64,000 nucleotides of DNA from Candidatus Sulfobium sp. (GCA_037380845.1 JARRRI010000009.1:1-64000), one strand, 5' to 3'. Numbered from the stretch's first letter, positions 39,342 through 51,019 are shown. The notes: generated by a model not told the origin, from the sequence alone. Program-made: numbers and translations.

Positions 39342-39967
39342 TTGAGTAACCTCATTAAATCCTCTGTCTCTGTTTTTATATCTGCCGAGGCAAGTACTGC
39401 CGATATCAGTGCAACTCCGTGACTCTCAGCCTGCATTATCTCACGTACATTTGCTTTTGAAACCCCGCCAATCGCAAAAAAAGGGACCGATATCCGACCC
39501 GCCGCCGCCCTAATGACATCAACTCCCAGGGGCTTCCCATAACGGACCTTGGACGGCGTCTCAAATACCGGCCCAAGCGTAATGAAATCGGCTCCTTCCT
39601 TTTCTGCCTCTATCGCCTGCCCTATGCCGTGGGTCGAAACGCCGAGCAGCATGCGCCTCCCCACGGCCTTTCTCGCTGCAAAAACAGGCATGCCCCCCTC
39701 GCCGAGGTGCACGCCGTCTGCGTCAGCGGCGAGAGCAATGTCGACCCTGTCATTCACAAAGAGTTTCGCTCCGTAAGCAAGCGTCATCTCTCTCAACCGG
39801 TACGCCAGCTTCAGCAACTCTCTTATTTTCAGGTCCTTCTCCCTGAGCTGAAGGGCCCTTGCGCCCCCCTCCAATGCCTCCTCCACGGCACTCAAAAAGG
39901 ACGGCATGTCTCCAAAAAGCTTTCTGTCAGTTATCAGATATAACTTGAAGTCAACAGCTTCCTTCAT
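39338..39967 (-). CDS. thiE: Thiamine-phosphate synthase
   Basis: LYLITDR, QLREK, VNDRVD, GVHLG, GPVFETPSK. Confidence 0.95.
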   Translation of the reverse strand: MKEAVDFKLYLITDRKLFGDMPSFLSAVEEALEGGARALQLREKDLKIRELLKLAYRLREMTLAYGAKLFVNDRVDIALAADADGVHLGEGGMPVFAARKAVGRRMLLGVSTHGIGQAIEAEKEGADFITLGPVFETPSKVRYGKPLGVDVIRAAAGRISVPFFAIGGVSKANVREIMQAESHGVALISAVLASADIKTETEDLMRLLK

Positions 39968-39995
39968 CTACTCTCTGCGGTAAGGGCCCGCATTT

Positions 39996-40565
39996 TCATA
40001 CTATGCTGTCAAACCAGATGAACATCATATTTTCCACAATAAATGTGATGACCATCAGAACCCACATTGACCTCTCTATGGCCTTCGTGCTGAAGAAGTT
40101 CAGCACCGCGAATACGATTATAAACCAGGCGGCTGAAACCCATTTGAGGCCCCACGGCGAAACCCACAGTGCGAGAAAGGAAATGTAAACTCCCATCAGC
40201 ACGAAAGGCACCCAAAGATAAATCCTTCGGGTCTCTTTCTTCTGCATCCTCCTGGCCCTCAGGGCCCCGAAAAGATAAACCTGCCACCACGCTCCCATAA
40301 AAAAGAAAAGGACGGCATATCTGTCGAGCCTTGCAAGCGGAAGTCCCTGCAAGGGAAAAGCCTTTGACTCCGTGGCCCAGATGGTAAATATAAAAAGGGC
40401 CGGAAACACCGCCAGGAAGATGAACCCCAAAAGGTCCAGCAGATAAAAACCCAGCGAGTTGTCGTCTTTCCCCGCTTTCTCCTCTTTCGCACACAGAAAG
40501 AACTCCATTCCCAGCATTACAGGCACGACCAGATAGGCCAATTGCTGATAGCGATAAGCCTCCAT
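39996..40565 (-). CDS. Multi-pass membrane protein in thi operon
   Basis: About six hydrophobic segments; GGAGG RBS. Confidence 0.75.
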   Translation of the reverse strand: MEAYRYQQLAYLVVPVMLGMEFFLCAKEEKAGKDDNSLGFYLLDLLGFIFLAVFPALFIFTIWATESKAFPLQGLPLARLDRYAVLFFFMGAWWQVYLFGALRARRMQKKETRRIYLWVPFVLMGVYISFLALWVSPWGLKWVSAAWFIIVFAVLNFFSTKAIERSMWVLMVITFIVENMMFIWFDSIV

Positions 40566-40639
40566 CAAGTTACCTCCCCAGCAGTTGTTCTTTTTTATTT
40601 TATGACGCCTGCTTTCGCCGGCATCACCCAACTCCAGGT

Positions 40640-41428
40640 TTAAATCATTCCTTCAAATGGACTGCTCGCCGTAGCATACAACTTCTTCGGTATCCTGCCT
40701 GCGAGGAAGGCCTGCCTGCCTCCAATAACGGCATGCTTCATTGCCGAGGCCATGGCAACAGGGTCCCTCGCCCCGGCGATGCCGGTATTGACCAGCACGG
40801 CATCACAGCCCAACTCCATCGCAATCGCCGCGTCCGACGCCGTTCCCACACCGGCATCGACTATGACCGGGATCTTCACCGCGGTCTCTATGATTATTCT
40901 TATATTGTATGGATTGCGAATGCCAAGCCCCGAACCTATTGGTGCACCAAGCGGCATCACCGCTGCAGCGCCCGCATCCTCGAGACGCCTCGCCATGATG
41001 GGGTCATCATTGGTATACGGAAACACTATGAAGCCCTCCCCGGCAAGTATCTCCGTCGCCTTGAGAAGACCGAGGGTATCGGGGAAAAGCGTCCTCTCAT
41101 CGCCTATGACCTCCAGCTTCACGAGATCTGAAATCCCCGCTTCTCTTGCGAGCCTCGAATATCTGAGGGCGTCCTCTACGTTGTAGCATCCGGCCGTGTT
41201 GGGAAGGATCTTGTATTTCCGGGCGTCGATATAATCCAGAAGGTTTTCGGACTTCCTGTCGGTTATATTCACCCTCCTGACTGAGACGGTTATAACATCG
41301 GCCCCCGAGGCCTCTACCGCCCTTGCGGTCTCCTCAAAATCCTTATACTTGCCGGTCCCAACCCATAACCTCGATCGGAATTCCATATCCCTTATGACCA
41401 GTTTATCTTCCATCGGCATCTCCGTCAT
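40640..41428 (-). CDS. thiG: Thiazole synthase
   Basis: [39 protein letters not shown]; exact start uncertain. Confidence 0.97.
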   Translation of the reverse strand: MTEMPMEDKLVIRDMEFRSRLWVGTGKYKDFEETARAVEASGADVITVSVRRVNITDRKSENLLDYIDARKYKILPNTAGCYNVEDALRYSRLAREAGISDLVKLEVIGDERTLFPDTLGLLKATEILAGEGFIVFPYTNDDPIMARRLEDAGAAAVMPLGAPIGSGLGIRNPYNIRIIIETAVKIPVIVDAGVGTASDAAIAMELGCDAVLVNTGIAGARDPVAMASAMKHAVIGGRQAFLAGRIPKKLYATASSPFEGMI

Positions 41429-41439
41429 TATAAGCCCTT

Positions 41440-41640
41440 TCACCCACCGCCCACAAAATTGACAATCTCGACCGTATCTCCTTCCTTCAACCTTACTCTC
41501 TCATATTCCGACTTTTTCACAATCGAAAGGTTCACCTCGACCGCAACTCCTGCCGGTTCGATCCCGAGTTCGCACAACAACTGCCTGACATTGGCAGCGT
41601 TCAAGGTTTCGATCGTGTCGCCGTTTACCTTCAGCCTCAT
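41440..41640 (-). CDS. thiS: Sulfur carrier protein
   Basis: MRLKVNG...VAVEVN...EIVNFVGGG. Confidence 0.95.
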   Translation of the reverse strand: MRLKVNGDTIETLNAANVRQLLCELGIEPAGVAVEVNLSIVKKSEYERVRLKEGDTVEIVNFVGGG

Positions 41641-41674
41641 AAAAACAAAAAACCGCATCCCTCCGGGATACGGT
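41641..41674 (-). terminator. Riboswitch-controlled terminator before thiS
   Basis: ACCGTATCCC-GGA-GGGATGCGGT-TTTTTGTTTTT. Confidence 0.85.
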
Positions 41675-41689
41675 CGCCTTATCATCCAG

Positions 41690-41786
41690 TTCCCAATTCC
41701 TACGCCGGTATTATCCGTATCAGGTTCAAGGGGTCTTTCCCTGACTAAGGGAAACTCTCAGGCCGTCTGCCTCCCCCAAGGGTCAG
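41690..41786 (-). ncRNA. TPP riboswitch
   Basis: GGGGGAG...CTGAGA...ACCCCTTGAACCTGATACGGATAATACCGGCGTAGGAA upstream of thiS. Confidence 0.95.
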
Positions 41787-41816
41787 TTAAAGTATAGTTC
41801 ACGGCCGGATTCAATG

Positions 41817-42554
41817 TCAAACGCGGGAGTTTATCTTGTGTGCCAGGCACCCCGCCCCGAATCCGTTGTCGATGTTCATCACCGCGATGCCGGGCACGCA
41901 GGAGTTGAGCATCGCAAAAAGTGCGGTAAGACCGCCCAGACTCGTCCCATAGCCGGTAGAGGTGGGCACGGCGATAATGGGTTTATTAGTCATCCCCCCC
42001 ACAACCGAGGGCAGGGCCCCTTCCATGCCGGCCACAACGATTATCACGCGCGCCCTTTCCACGCTGGCCATGCTGTCCATCAGCCTGTGAAGTCCGGCAA
42101 CACCCACATCATATACGGACTGTACCCTGCTCCCCAGGAAAGAAGCCGTTGCGGCAGCCTCCTCAGCCGCCGCTATATCAGACGTCCCGGCCGTCAGCAC
42201 CAGAACGCCGCCCTTTTTCTGTTTTCTTTCGCCTACTGAAATAATACCGGATGCCGGATAATAAACGGCACCCCTGATTCCAAGGGCGTCATGGATTTCC
42301 CTGGAAGCCTTGGTTATAAGAAAACGCCTGCTCTTTTTATGCATGGCCCGGGCTATTGCAAGCACCTGGTCTTCTGTCTTTCCCGATGCAAAAACGACCT
42401 CGGGGATCCCCTGTCTCAGGTCCCTGTGATGGTCTATTCGCGCAAAAGCGATATCTTCGTATGGCAAGTGTCTCAGTTTTTCTGCAGCCTCTTTCACGGA
42501 CATCCGGCCTGCCCTGACCAAACCCAGTATGTCTCTTATCGAGCCGCTATCCAA
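41817..42554 (-). CDS. larB: Nickel-pincer cofactor biosynthesis carboxylase (PurE-like)
   Basis: DHHR.LRQGIPEVV, AGTSD, DVGVAGLHR, AGMEGALPSVV, VPTSTGYG, NIDNGFGA. Confidence 0.92.
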   Translation of the reverse strand: MDSGSIRDILGLVRAGRMSVKEAAEKLRHLPYEDIAFARIDHHRDLRQGIPEVVFASGKTEDQVLAIARAMHKKSRRFLITKASREIHDALGIRGAVYYPASGIISVGERKQKKGGVLVLTAGTSDIAAAEEAAATASFLGSRVQSVYDVGVAGLHRLMDSMASVERARVIIVVAGMEGALPSVVGGMTNKPIIAVPTSTGYGTSLGGLTALFAMLNSCVPGIAVMNIDNGFGAGCLAHKINSRV

Positions 42555-42738
42555 TTTATATAATCCTCCCTGAAACAGGATTTCCTCCGGATTGAAGAAA
42601 ATACATTACGGTTCTGCGTCAATAACTGCCTCATGTGGGGGACCTGCCTGCCGGCGGGCATGGGCACGAGGGGTTAAGAATCCCCGGGCCGGCAACATCC
42701 CCTCAGACTGTTCACAATAACCGTTGTATCTCATGAAG

Positions 42739-43728
42739 TCAGAATTCCGACTTGAGGGACCGGGTCATCAGCGTTCTGACCGCCTCGGCCGGGTCGGTAT
42801 CCTCGTATATCACCCTGTATACCTGTTCCACAATCGGCATCTCTACACCATGCCTGCGCGAAAGCTCAAAGGCAGACTGTGCTGTAGCAATACCCTCTGC
42901 AACACTCCTCGTCATCGAAAGAATGGCACTGAGTTTCAACCCCTCCCCGAGCCTGACTCCGACCGTATAATTCCTGGAAAGGGGGCTCGTGCAAGTGAGT
43001 ATAAGGTCCCCGAGTCCGCTCAGTCCCGAGAATGTCCTCTTGTCGGCCCCCATCCGCTCGCCCAACCGTGTAATCTCTGCGATGCCCCTGGTAATCAGAG
43101 CGGCTCTTGCATTGTAACCGAGATGGAGGCCGTCGCAGATGCCTGCCGCTATCGCTATGACGTTCTTGAGGGCGCCTCCGAGTTCGACGCCGAGCACGTC
43201 CCTGTGTGTGTATACTCTGAAATAGTCGGTCGTGAAGATCTCCTGAAGCAGAAGCCCTGTTTCCGGGCTTCTGGCCGCAAGCGTGACAGCCGTCGGAAAC
43301 CTTCGTATCACCTCCTTCGCGAAGCTGGGGCCTGAAATAACCGCCGCCTCGATGCCGGAAAGCTCGCCGAGTATTTCAGACACCGTCTTGAGCGATCCCT
43401 GCTCAATCCCTTTCGAGGCACTTATAACCAGCGCATCTTCGTGAATGTGCTGCACAACCTCGCGGAACACGGCCCTGGTAAACTGGGTCGGGACCACGTT
43501 GACAACGTAGCGGGCCTTTCTGACCGCCTCCCGGATATCACCGGTCGCCGGCAGACCGCGCGGCAGGTCGACATCAGGCAAATAAACACTGTTGCGTCCG
43601 GCACCGTTTATCTCCTCCGCAAGCTCTCTTTCATGTACCCAGAGGGCGACATCGTATCCCTTTTCGAAGAGAAGACACGCCAGAGTGGTACCCCAGCTTC
43701 CAGCACCGATCACGGCGATATAGCTCAT
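42739..43728 (-). CDS. gpsA: NAD(P)H-dependent glycerol-3-phosphate dehydrogenase
   Basis: GAGSWGT, SKGIE, SGPSFA, GGALKNVIAI, GDLILTC.S..SRN. Confidence 0.96.
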   Translation of the reverse strand: MSYIAVIGAGSWGTTLACLLFEKGYDVALWVHERELAEEINGAGRNSVYLPDVDLPRGLPATGDIREAVRKARYVVNVVPTQFTRAVFREVVQHIHEDALVISASKGIEQGSLKTVSEILGELSGIEAAVISGPSFAKEVIRRFPTAVTLAARSPETGLLLQEIFTTDYFRVYTHRDVLGVELGGALKNVIAIAAGICDGLHLGYNARAALITRGIAEITRLGERMGADKRTFSGLSGLGDLILTCTSPLSRNYTVGVRLGEGLKLSAILSMTRSVAEGIATAQSAFELSRRHGVEMPIVEQVYRVIYEDTDPAEAVRTLMTRSLKSEF

Positions 43729-43804
43729 CTTTCGCCCTCATCAACCCCCGTTGCTTCCTCGCAAGGGTCAAACCATGCCGACAGGTTGCGCCGCCACGGG
43801 CAGG

Positions 43805-45493
43805 TCATTTTCTTCCCTTCTCAATCCTGGCCCACGTATCCTTCAGGGAGACGGTCCGGTTGAAAACCATCTTGCCCGCTGAAGAATCAGGGTCCACAGT
43901 AAAATATCCAAGCCTCTCGAACTGGTACCGTCTTCCCGGCGCCGCGCCGGCAAGGCCGGGCTCCAGGCGGCAGGACGTTAATACTTCCAGTGAATGAGGA
44001 TTCAGAAAGGACCTGAAATCACGGTCCTCATTCTCCTCTTCACCGACATCAGTCAGAAGATGATCGTAAAGCCGCACCTCGGACTCGATAGCGTGCCTTG
44101 CCGACACCCAGTGAAGGGTGGCCTTCACTTTGCGCCCGTCCGGCGCATCACCGCCGCGTGTCTCCGGATCATAGGTGCAGCGGAGTTCGGTCACTTCACC
44201 GGTCTTCTCATCTTTAATCGCGTCCACGCAGGTGACGTAATAGGCATACCTGAGCCGAACCTCGCGCCCCGGCGACAGCCGGTAAAACTTCCGGGGCGGG
44301 TTCTCGCGATAATCGTCTCTTTCTATATACAAGACTCGCGAAAAGGGCACTTTGCGCGAGCCCATCCCCGGGTCCTCGGGATTATTTACGGCATCCAGCT
44401 CCTCAACCCGGTCTTCCGGGTAATTGACGATGACCACCCTCAGGGGGTTCAGTACAGCCATGACGCGGGGAGCGCTTTTATTAAGGTCTTCCCTGACACA
44501 ATGCTCAAGAAGCGCCATGTCGACCGTGCTGTCTCTCTTGGCCACCCCTATGCGGTCGCAGAAATTTCTCAGCGACTCAGGCGTGTACCCCCGCCGCCTC
44601 AACCCCGACAAGCTAGGCATCCTCGGATCATCCCATCCCGAAACATGCCCTTCCCTCACCAACTGAATGAGCTTCCTCTTGCTCAATACCGTATGGCTGA
44701 GATTCAGCCGCGCAAACTCTAGCTGGCGCGGATGACACTCTGTCTTCAGTTCGTCGAGAAACCAGTCGTACAGAGGCCGATGGTCCTCAAATTCGAGCGT
44801 GCAGAGGGAATGAGTAATCCCTTCAATGGCGTCGGAAATGCAGTGCGCGAAGTCATACATCGGATAGATACACCACGAATCGCCGGTCCTGTGGTGAGAG
44901 GTCCGCTGTATGCGGTACATTACCGGGTCTCTCATGTTCAGGTTTCCGGAGGCCATATCTATCCTGGCCCGGAGGGTCCTGGAGCCGTCTTCGAATTCTC
45001 CCCTCCGCATTCTCCCGAAGAGGTCCAGGTTCTCTTCTAGCGGCCGGCCGCGGAAAGGGCTTTCCCGGCCCGGTTCTGTCAGCGTGCCCCTGTACTCCCT
45101 TATCTGGTCGGCACTGAGATCACAGACATAAGCCTTTCCCGCCCCGATCAGCCGGACAGCATAATCATAAAGCCTCTCGAAGTAGTCCGACGCATAATAG
45201 AGCCGGTCATCCCAGTCGAAACCGAGCCACCGGACATCCGCCTTTATAGATTCTACGTATTCCGCCTCCTCCTTGCTGGGGTTGGTGTCGTCGAAACGCA
45301 GATTACAGAGGCCACCGTATTCGGAGGCAACTCCGAAATTGAGGCAGATGGATTTCGCATGTCCGATATGGAGATATCCGTTCGGTTCCGGAGGGAACCG
45401 GGTGTGGACATGTCTCCCGTATCTTCCCGACTCCAGGTCTTCATCAATCATGGCCCGGATAAAATCCTTCGGCCTTCCAGAGCCCGTATTCAA
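43805..45493 (-). CDS. glnS: Glutamine--tRNA ligase
   Basis: [37 protein letters not shown]. Confidence 0.96.
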   Translation of the reverse strand: MNTGSGRPKDFIRAMIDEDLESGRYGRHVHTRFPPEPNGYLHIGHAKSICLNFGVASEYGGLCNLRFDDTNPSKEEAEYVESIKADVRWLGFDWDDRLYYASDYFERLYDYAVRLIGAGKAYVCDLSADQIREYRGTLTEPGRESPFRGRPLEENLDLFGRMRRGEFEDGSRTLRARIDMASGNLNMRDPVMYRIQRTSHHRTGDSWCIYPMYDFAHCISDAIEGITHSLCTLEFEDHRPLYDWFLDELKTECHPRQLEFARLNLSHTVLSKRKLIQLVREGHVSGWDDPRMPSLSGLRRRGYTPESLRNFCDRIGVAKRDSTVDMALLEHCVREDLNKSAPRVMAVLNPLRVVIVNYPEDRVEELDAVNNPEDPGMGSRKVPFSRVLYIERDDYRENPPRKFYRLSPGREVRLRYAYYVTCVDAIKDEKTGEVTELRCTYDPETRGGDAPDGRKVKATLHWVSARHAIESEVRLYDHLLTDVGEEENEDRDFRSFLNPHSLEVLTSCRLEPGLAGAAPGRRYQFERLGYFTVDPDSSAGKMVFNRTVSLKDTWARIEKGRK

Positions 45494-45618
45494 TATTGAA
45501 GCCCCCTTTTAGATAACACAATCCTTACGGCACTCCTATTCTAACACGCCAAGCCGAGAGCGAAAAGGACGCACATGACAGATGTTGAGCTGATCATGTG
45601 AAGCTTGACGCCTCTGAT

Positions 45619-47043
45619 TTACGCCGCGTCGGGACCTATTGACTGTATGGCCTTGTCAAGTCTTTTTAATGTCTTTTCCCGGCCCATGATCTCTATCACC
45701 TCGAATATGCCGGGACTCACCGTCCCCCCGGTCAGGGCCACGCGCACGGGTTGAGCGAGCGCTCCAAGCTTGATCTGCCGCCTCTCCATTATGCCGGTGA
45801 ACACCTTTTCCAGCTCCGCCGCCGAAAAGTCCGTCATTTTTCCGAGTTCTTCTCGCAACTCGCTCAACAGAGGCAGGCTCTTTTGGTTCAGGAACTTGAC
45901 CCCGGCCTTTTCCTCATACGCTACTTCTTCAGAAATGTAATACCTGAGGGATTGAGCGAGTTCGACCAGCGTGCGCGACCGTTCCTGCAGGGTCGCAACA
46001 GCCTTCGAAAGCCATACCCTGTCTATCTCCTGTCCCTCGCCCGCCACCTTCTCCCGCACGAGGAAAGGCATGACGAGATCCGCAAGTTCTTCCGGCGACC
46101 TGCGCATGATATACTGGCCGTTGAGCCACAGGAGTTTTTCGGGATTAAAGACAGCAGCGGCCCTCCCGACATTTTCGAAAGAAAAATACTTTATCAGCTC
46201 CTCCCGTGAAAATATCTCCTGATCGCCGTAAGACCAGCCCAGCCTTACGAGGTAGTTGATAAGCGCCTCGGGCAGATATCCCATTTCACGGTATGCAGTA
46301 ACCGACGTTGCGCCATGCCTCTTCGAAAGCCTCGCCTTGTCCGCACCCAGTATCATGGGGAGATGTGCAAACCCGGGCACTTTATATCCCAGAGCACGGT
46401 AGATCTGGACCTGTTTCGGAGTATTGTTCAGGTGGTCGTCGCCCCTGATGACGTGAGTGATCCCCATATCTACGTCATCCACCACGACCGTCAGATTGTA
46501 GGTAGGCGTCCCGTCCGACCGCATGATGATAAGGTCGTCGAGCTGGGCGTTTTCGAAGACGACCTTGCCTTTTATGAGGTCGTCGACAACGGTCTGTCCT
46601 GCCTGCGGCATCAGGAACCTCACAACAGGCGATACCCCCGGCACAGGCTCCTTCAGGCCCCTGCACCGGCCGTCATACTTTGGAAGTCGGCCGCCGGCAA
46701 TGGCCTCCCTGCGCCGGTCCTCCAGTTCTTCGGGAGAGCAGTAGCAGTAGTATGCCTTGCCCTCCCGGACCAGCTTCTCCACATAGCTCCTGTATAGGTC
46801 AAACCGGTCTGTCTGCCTGAAAGGGCCTTCATCCCAGTCAAGGCCCAGCCACTCCATTCCTTCTATAATCGCCTCTATATATTCATCGGTAGAACGGGTC
46901 CTGTCGGTGTCCTCAATACGGAGGATAAAAGCCCCGTCGCTGTGCCGCGCGTACAACCAGTTGAAAAGCGCCGTCCTCGCTCCGCCGATATGGAGGAAGC
47001 CCGTCGGGCTGGGTGCAAAACGAACTCGTATGTTATCGCTCAA
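45619..47043 (-). CDS. gltX: Glutamate--tRNA ligase
   Basis: [31 protein letters not shown]. Confidence 0.97.
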   Translation of the reverse strand: MSDNIRVRFAPSPTGFLHIGGARTALFNWLYARHSDGAFILRIEDTDRTRSTDEYIEAIIEGMEWLGLDWDEGPFRQTDRFDLYRSYVEKLVREGKAYYCYCSPEELEDRRREAIAGGRLPKYDGRCRGLKEPVPGVSPVVRFLMPQAGQTVVDDLIKGKVVFENAQLDDLIIMRSDGTPTYNLTVVVDDVDMGITHVIRGDDHLNNTPKQVQIYRALGYKVPGFAHLPMILGADKARLSKRHGATSVTAYREMGYLPEALINYLVRLGWSYGDQEIFSREELIKYFSFENVGRAAAVFNPEKLLWLNGQYIMRRSPEELADLVMPFLVREKVAGEGQEIDRVWLSKAVATLQERSRTLVELAQSLRYYISEEVAYEEKAGVKFLNQKSLPLLSELREELGKMTDFSAAELEKVFTGIMERRQIKLGALAQPVRVALTGGTVSPGIFEVIEIMGREKTLKRLDKAIQSIGPDAA

Positions 47044-47055
47044 AAAAACCTCCTC

Positions 47056-48438
47056 TTACTGATTTTTTCCTTTCCTTATTATAAGCTTCAGAAATCTTTC
47101 TGTCCCGTGTCCGACCCTGAACCTCTCATCCGCCCGGTAACCCGCTATCCAGACAATATCTCCCCGGCTGACGACAACAGGTATACTGTCCCTTTCCTCC
47201 CTTGGCACCTTCTCATCGACGAAGAAATCCTGAAGTTTCTTCCTCCTTCCGAACCCCAGCGGATAAAAATAGTCACCTTTCCTCCGGGAACGTATCGAAA
47301 GGGGAAAAGACATCTTTCCCGCGTCGAGAAGCACTGAGGACCTTCCGTCTCCCGGCTCATCCCCCTGTCCTTCGAAAGAAGCCGTAATCACTGCCCCGGT
47401 GCCGGAGACTACAACATCGCCCGGGGGATCGAGCGAGTATGAGGCGATTCTTACAGGGTGCTCACGGGTCATCACCAGAAGAGAGTACTCCCTGATGACC
47501 CTTACATCTCCGGGCAGGTAAAGCCTGTCTCCGGAACTTCCGTTCCTGATCAATCTGATGATATTCTCTATATGTGAAAAACTTATTCCCTTCAGCCCCC
47601 TGGTCTCATCGATCGCCCTCCTGAGGACCCTCCTGAGGACGACTATGTCGAGGCTTTCCATGGGTACCAGAAAAAGTTCGATCCTTTCCTCCGTCTTCCT
47701 GCTGATCAGTTTCATCAGCGTCCTGGTCACGATCACGTCGAAATACCGCTCCTCCTCCTGCATTACGGCTATGCTCTTCAGCACCGTTTCGGTAAAATTC
47801 GGATTAAACCCTTTCAAGGCCGGCATGAGCGTCTTCCGTATCCTGTTGCGCAGATACTCCGCTTTCAGGTTGGAGGAGTCAACAACGAAGGTGAGGTTCT
47901 CCCGGGAAAGGAACCTTTCAATATCCCGCCGTTCAATCTCTATCAAAGGCCTGATGATCTTTCCCCTCTTCGGAGGAATACCCGAAAGGCCTTTCGGCCC
48001 CGATCCCCTGAGCAGTCTCATCATAAAGGTCTCCACCTGGTCGTCGGCGTTATGGCCCAGCGCTATCCTGGCGGCTCCGGCCTCCCGGGCAGCCTCATGA
48101 AAAGCGGCGTACCTGAGTTCACGGGCCGCCTCCTGTTTGTTAAGGCCTTGCTCACCGGCGAGAGACCTTACGTCCACCGGCTTCACTGAAAAGGCTATAC
48201 CCAGACCACCGCAAAGCTCACGGCAGAAATCTATCTCCCCCGGTACCTCAGCCGGTCTGAGATTGTGGTCGACATAAACAGCGCAGACCGTTATGTTCAA
48301 CTCATCCCTCAGGCTAAGCAGCACGTGAAGAAGACATACCGAGTCCGGCCCGCCGGAAAGACCTGCCAGAACGTTCTCTCCCCCGCTCAGCATCGAATAT
48401 CTCTCAATTGTTGCGTTTGCGCGTTCTCTTAAATCCAT
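47056..48438 (-). CDS. tilS: tRNA(Ile)-lysidine synthase
   Basis: SGGPDS, ARELRY, HNADDQVET, DSSN..RNRIR. Confidence 0.96.
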   Translation of the reverse strand: MDLRERANATIERYSMLSGGENVLAGLSGGPDSVCLLHVLLSLRDELNITVCAVYVDHNLRPAEVPGEIDFCRELCGGLGIAFSVKPVDVRSLAGEQGLNKQEAARELRYAAFHEAAREAGAARIALGHNADDQVETFMMRLLRGSGPKGLSGIPPKRGKIIRPLIEIERRDIERFLSRENLTFVVDSSNLKAEYLRNRIRKTLMPALKGFNPNFTETVLKSIAVMQEEERYFDVIVTRTLMKLISRKTEERIELFLVPMESLDIVVLRRVLRRAIDETRGLKGISFSHIENIIRLIRNGSSGDRLYLPGDVRVIREYSLLVMTREHPVRIASYSLDPPGDVVVSGTGAVITASFEGQGDEPGDGRSSVLLDAGKMSFPLSIRSRRKGDYFYPLGFGRRKKLQDFFVDEKVPREERDSIPVVVSRGDIVWIAGYRADERFRVGHGTERFLKLIIRKGKNQ

Positions 48439-48648
48439 TGGTCACAACTTCCAGCCGGTCTCCGGTCAGAGCCTGTACAACTCACACTCTGCCATTGTCC
48501 CGACCTGTCCCGAATCAAGTTGAAACAGCTGGAATCCCCGATAAAGGTCGTGGAATGACAGCCGGCTTAAATGATACTTCAGAGACTAATTATATTATTA
48601 TAAGTAGGATATGCTCAAGAAGTGGAATGAGATCATGGCGGCCGCAAA

Positions 48649-48825
48649 ATGAGAGACGGGAAAGCTTCCCGGCAGGGCCGTAGAAAAAAGGAGCGCGCTG
48701 CAGCCGCGGGGCGCCAGGCGGTTTACGGCGATAAAGTCTCGATCTGTGCCAACGCGAAATGCGTGATGCGAAAGAACGCGAAATGCTCCGGCTTCGAGGG
48801 ATGCCCCGGATTTAAAGGAAAATGA
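48649..48825 (+). CDS. Small basic four-Cys protein (58 aa; below ORF-track cutoff)
   Basis: MRDGKASRQGRRKKERAAAAGRQAVYGDKVSICANAKCVMRKNAKCSGFEGCPGFKGK*; stop abuts the rodZ-like stop. Confidence 0.55.
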   Translation: MRDGKASRQGRRKKERAAAAGRQAVYGDKVSICANAKCVMRKNAKCSGFEGCPGFKGK

Positions 48826-49599
48826 TTATTCCCCGGTTTCCGCTGCGGGAAGAGTCACTGTCCTGACCTGTCCGGGGCCGCCCGGTTTACCCAGGTCTCT
48901 TCCGTCCAGGTTAATGTTTATTCCCCCGGCATTACCTACTTTCAGAGACGCCTTGCCCGAGAAGGGCCAGTTCTTCGATTGGCCTGGCCGAAGAAGCATC
49001 TCTTCCCTCCTTCCGTTTTCAAAAGTCACGGATATCCACGTGGTGTCCGCCGCGGTTACGGACAAATTATGTTCTCCGGAAGCCGCCTGCTTTTCAGGCA
49101 GTTCGGGGCCGCGGACCGGAATCGCCTCCCCTCCTCCGCTGTGTTGAAAAACCTCACCTCTCTGCGCGGGTTCGGAACCGGCCGCTGCACCGCCGGCGGA
49201 TGCTCTCCCGGCTGCGGGCGATCCCGCCACGGAATCAACATTTCTTTCTTTCGGGACGCGGGGGAACAACAGGAAGGCGACAAAAAGCAGACCCATCACT
49301 GCGACCAGATAACCAAGTCTGGAACTCTTTTTTTGTGAAAAGGCTATCGGAATGATAGTCGACGGTTGCGGCTGGGACAGATGCTCCCTGTAAAACTGAA
49401 TGATGGAATCGGCGTCGATACCGACAAAAGCTGCATAACACCGTATATATCCCATGGTATATACAGGCACCGGCAGCTTTTCGAATGCGTCATTCTCTAT
49501 TGCGGCGAGATAATCTTCCCCGATCTTCAATGATTCTGCTATTTCGTGGATTTCAAGACCTAGATCTTCGCGTCTGTGCTTTAAGATCTCTCCCGCCAA
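48826..49599 (-). CDS. RodZ-like protein (HTH, TM, DUF4115)
   Basis: GEILKHRRE..GL...YLAAIE...GYIRCYA; TM; LKVGNAGG. Confidence 0.88.
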   Translation of the reverse strand: MAGEILKHRREDLGLEIHEIAESLKIGEDYLAAIENDAFEKLPVPVYTMGYIRCYAAFVGIDADSIIQFYREHLSQPQPSTIIPIAFSQKKSSRLGYLVAVMGLLFVAFLLFPRVPKERNVDSVAGSPAAGRASAGGAAAGSEPAQRGEVFQHSGGGEAIPVRGPELPEKQAASGEHNLSVTAADTTWISVTFENGRREEMLLRPGQSKNWPFSGKASLKVGNAGGININLDGRDLGKPGGPGQVRTVTLPAAETGE

Positions 49600-49706
49600 A
49601 CTCGCCTCGGTTTTTATTTAAGATAACACACATATCGATTATTTTCAAAGAATATCGGTCCTTGCCCGTGTCAGTATTGTAAACGCTCGTGGTAATATAG
49701 TTAACA

Positions 49707-50987
49707 ATGAACAGAGTCGTGGTAACAGGGGTAGGGGCCGTGACACCGCTGGGGAATACCTTCCGCGAGTCCTGGGAAGCGGCCAGGGAAGGCAAAACCG
49801 GGATAGGACCAACCACAAGGATCGACACATCCTGCATCCCCTGGAAGGTAGCAGGAGAATTAAAAGGTTTCAACCCGTCTCCTTTTCTCGGCCCCAAGGA
49901 GATAAAACGCACGGACCCTTTCATCCATTACGCGGTGGCAGCGGCCGTGATGGCCGCCGGCGACGCCGGACTGGTCAAAGGGTTCCCGGCTGAAGACAAT
50001 TACGGGTGGAGACCATACAGCGAGTATCTCAATGCAGGCGGGATTATCATTGGTTCAAGCCGGGGCGGCATAACTACGATAGAACGGGCACTGCTGAAAA
50101 ATTCCGCTCTGACTGCCCGGCCGGAGGGCGCCCCCTTATTTCTCAGGCCTTCCCCCTATCTGATGCCGGCGACAACTATCGGCATGGCCGCAACCTATAG
50201 TGCCCAGGTACTCGGGATCAAAGGGCATTGTCTCGGCATTTCGAATGCCTGCTCGTCGGGCCTGAATGCCATAGGAGAGGCTTTCAGGTTACTGAGGAGC
50301 GGCTACACCGGCCCGGTACTTGCCGGCGGCTCCGAGGCGCCTATCTGCAGGTTGTGCGTAGAGGGATACGGAGTCTCCGGGGCGTTGTCACGGACAGAAG
50401 ACTTTTCGGCCAGCAGACCCTTTGCCCGGACGCGGGACGGCTTTGTCATAGCAGAAGGCTCCTGCGTCCTGGTAATGGAGAGACTCGATCAGGCCTTGAG
50501 GAGGGGTGCCCTCATTTACGGCGAAATAACAGGCTATGCAAATACTGCGGATGCCTTCCACCAGACCAGGCCGGACACGGAGGGCGAGGTCCGTGCCATG
50601 AGACAGGCCGTAGCTGACGCGGGCATAAGACGGGATGAAATCGACTATGTCAATGCACACGGAACGTCTACCCTTCTCGGGGACCGGGCCGAAGCGGAAG
50701 CACTGGCCAGAGTTTTCGGTGAACTCATGCCTCGCACCCCGGTCAGCGCACTGAAGTCCATGACCGGCCATATGCTGGCGGCTTCAGGGGCCCTCGAGAC
50801 GGCCTTTACCCTCATGACCCTCAGGGAAGGCATCATACCGCCCACTCTGAATGTTTCAACGCGGGACAGCAGCTGCAATATCCCCCTGGTGAAAGAGCCG
50901 ACCCGGAAAAAAGTACGGCTCGCCCTTACTAATTCTTTCGGCTTCGGGGGAGTAAACACCGTCGTCGCTATGAAAAAATTTGTATGA
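49707..50987 (+). CDS. fabF: Beta-ketoacyl-ACP synthase II family
   Basis: RVVVTG, NACSSG, NAHGTST, KSMTGHML, NSFGFGG. Confidence 0.88.
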   Translation: MNRVVVTGVGAVTPLGNTFRESWEAAREGKTGIGPTTRIDTSCIPWKVAGELKGFNPSPFLGPKEIKRTDPFIHYAVAAAVMAAGDAGLVKGFPAEDNYGWRPYSEYLNAGGIIIGSSRGGITTIERALLKNSALTARPEGAPLFLRPSPYLMPATTIGMAATYSAQVLGIKGHCLGISNACSSGLNAIGEAFRLLRSGYTGPVLAGGSEAPICRLCVEGYGVSGALSRTEDFSASRPFARTRDGFVIAEGSCVLVMERLDQALRRGALIYGEITGYANTADAFHQTRPDTEGEVRAMRQAVADAGIRRDEIDYVNAHGTSTLLGDRAEAEALARVFGELMPRTPVSALKSMTGHMLAASGALETAFTLMTLREGIIPPTLNVSTRDSSCNIPLVKEPTRKKVRLALTNSFGFGGVNTVVAMKKFV

Positions 50988-51019
50988 CTGACGCTGCGGG
51001 CTTCGTCTTTGTACCCGCT

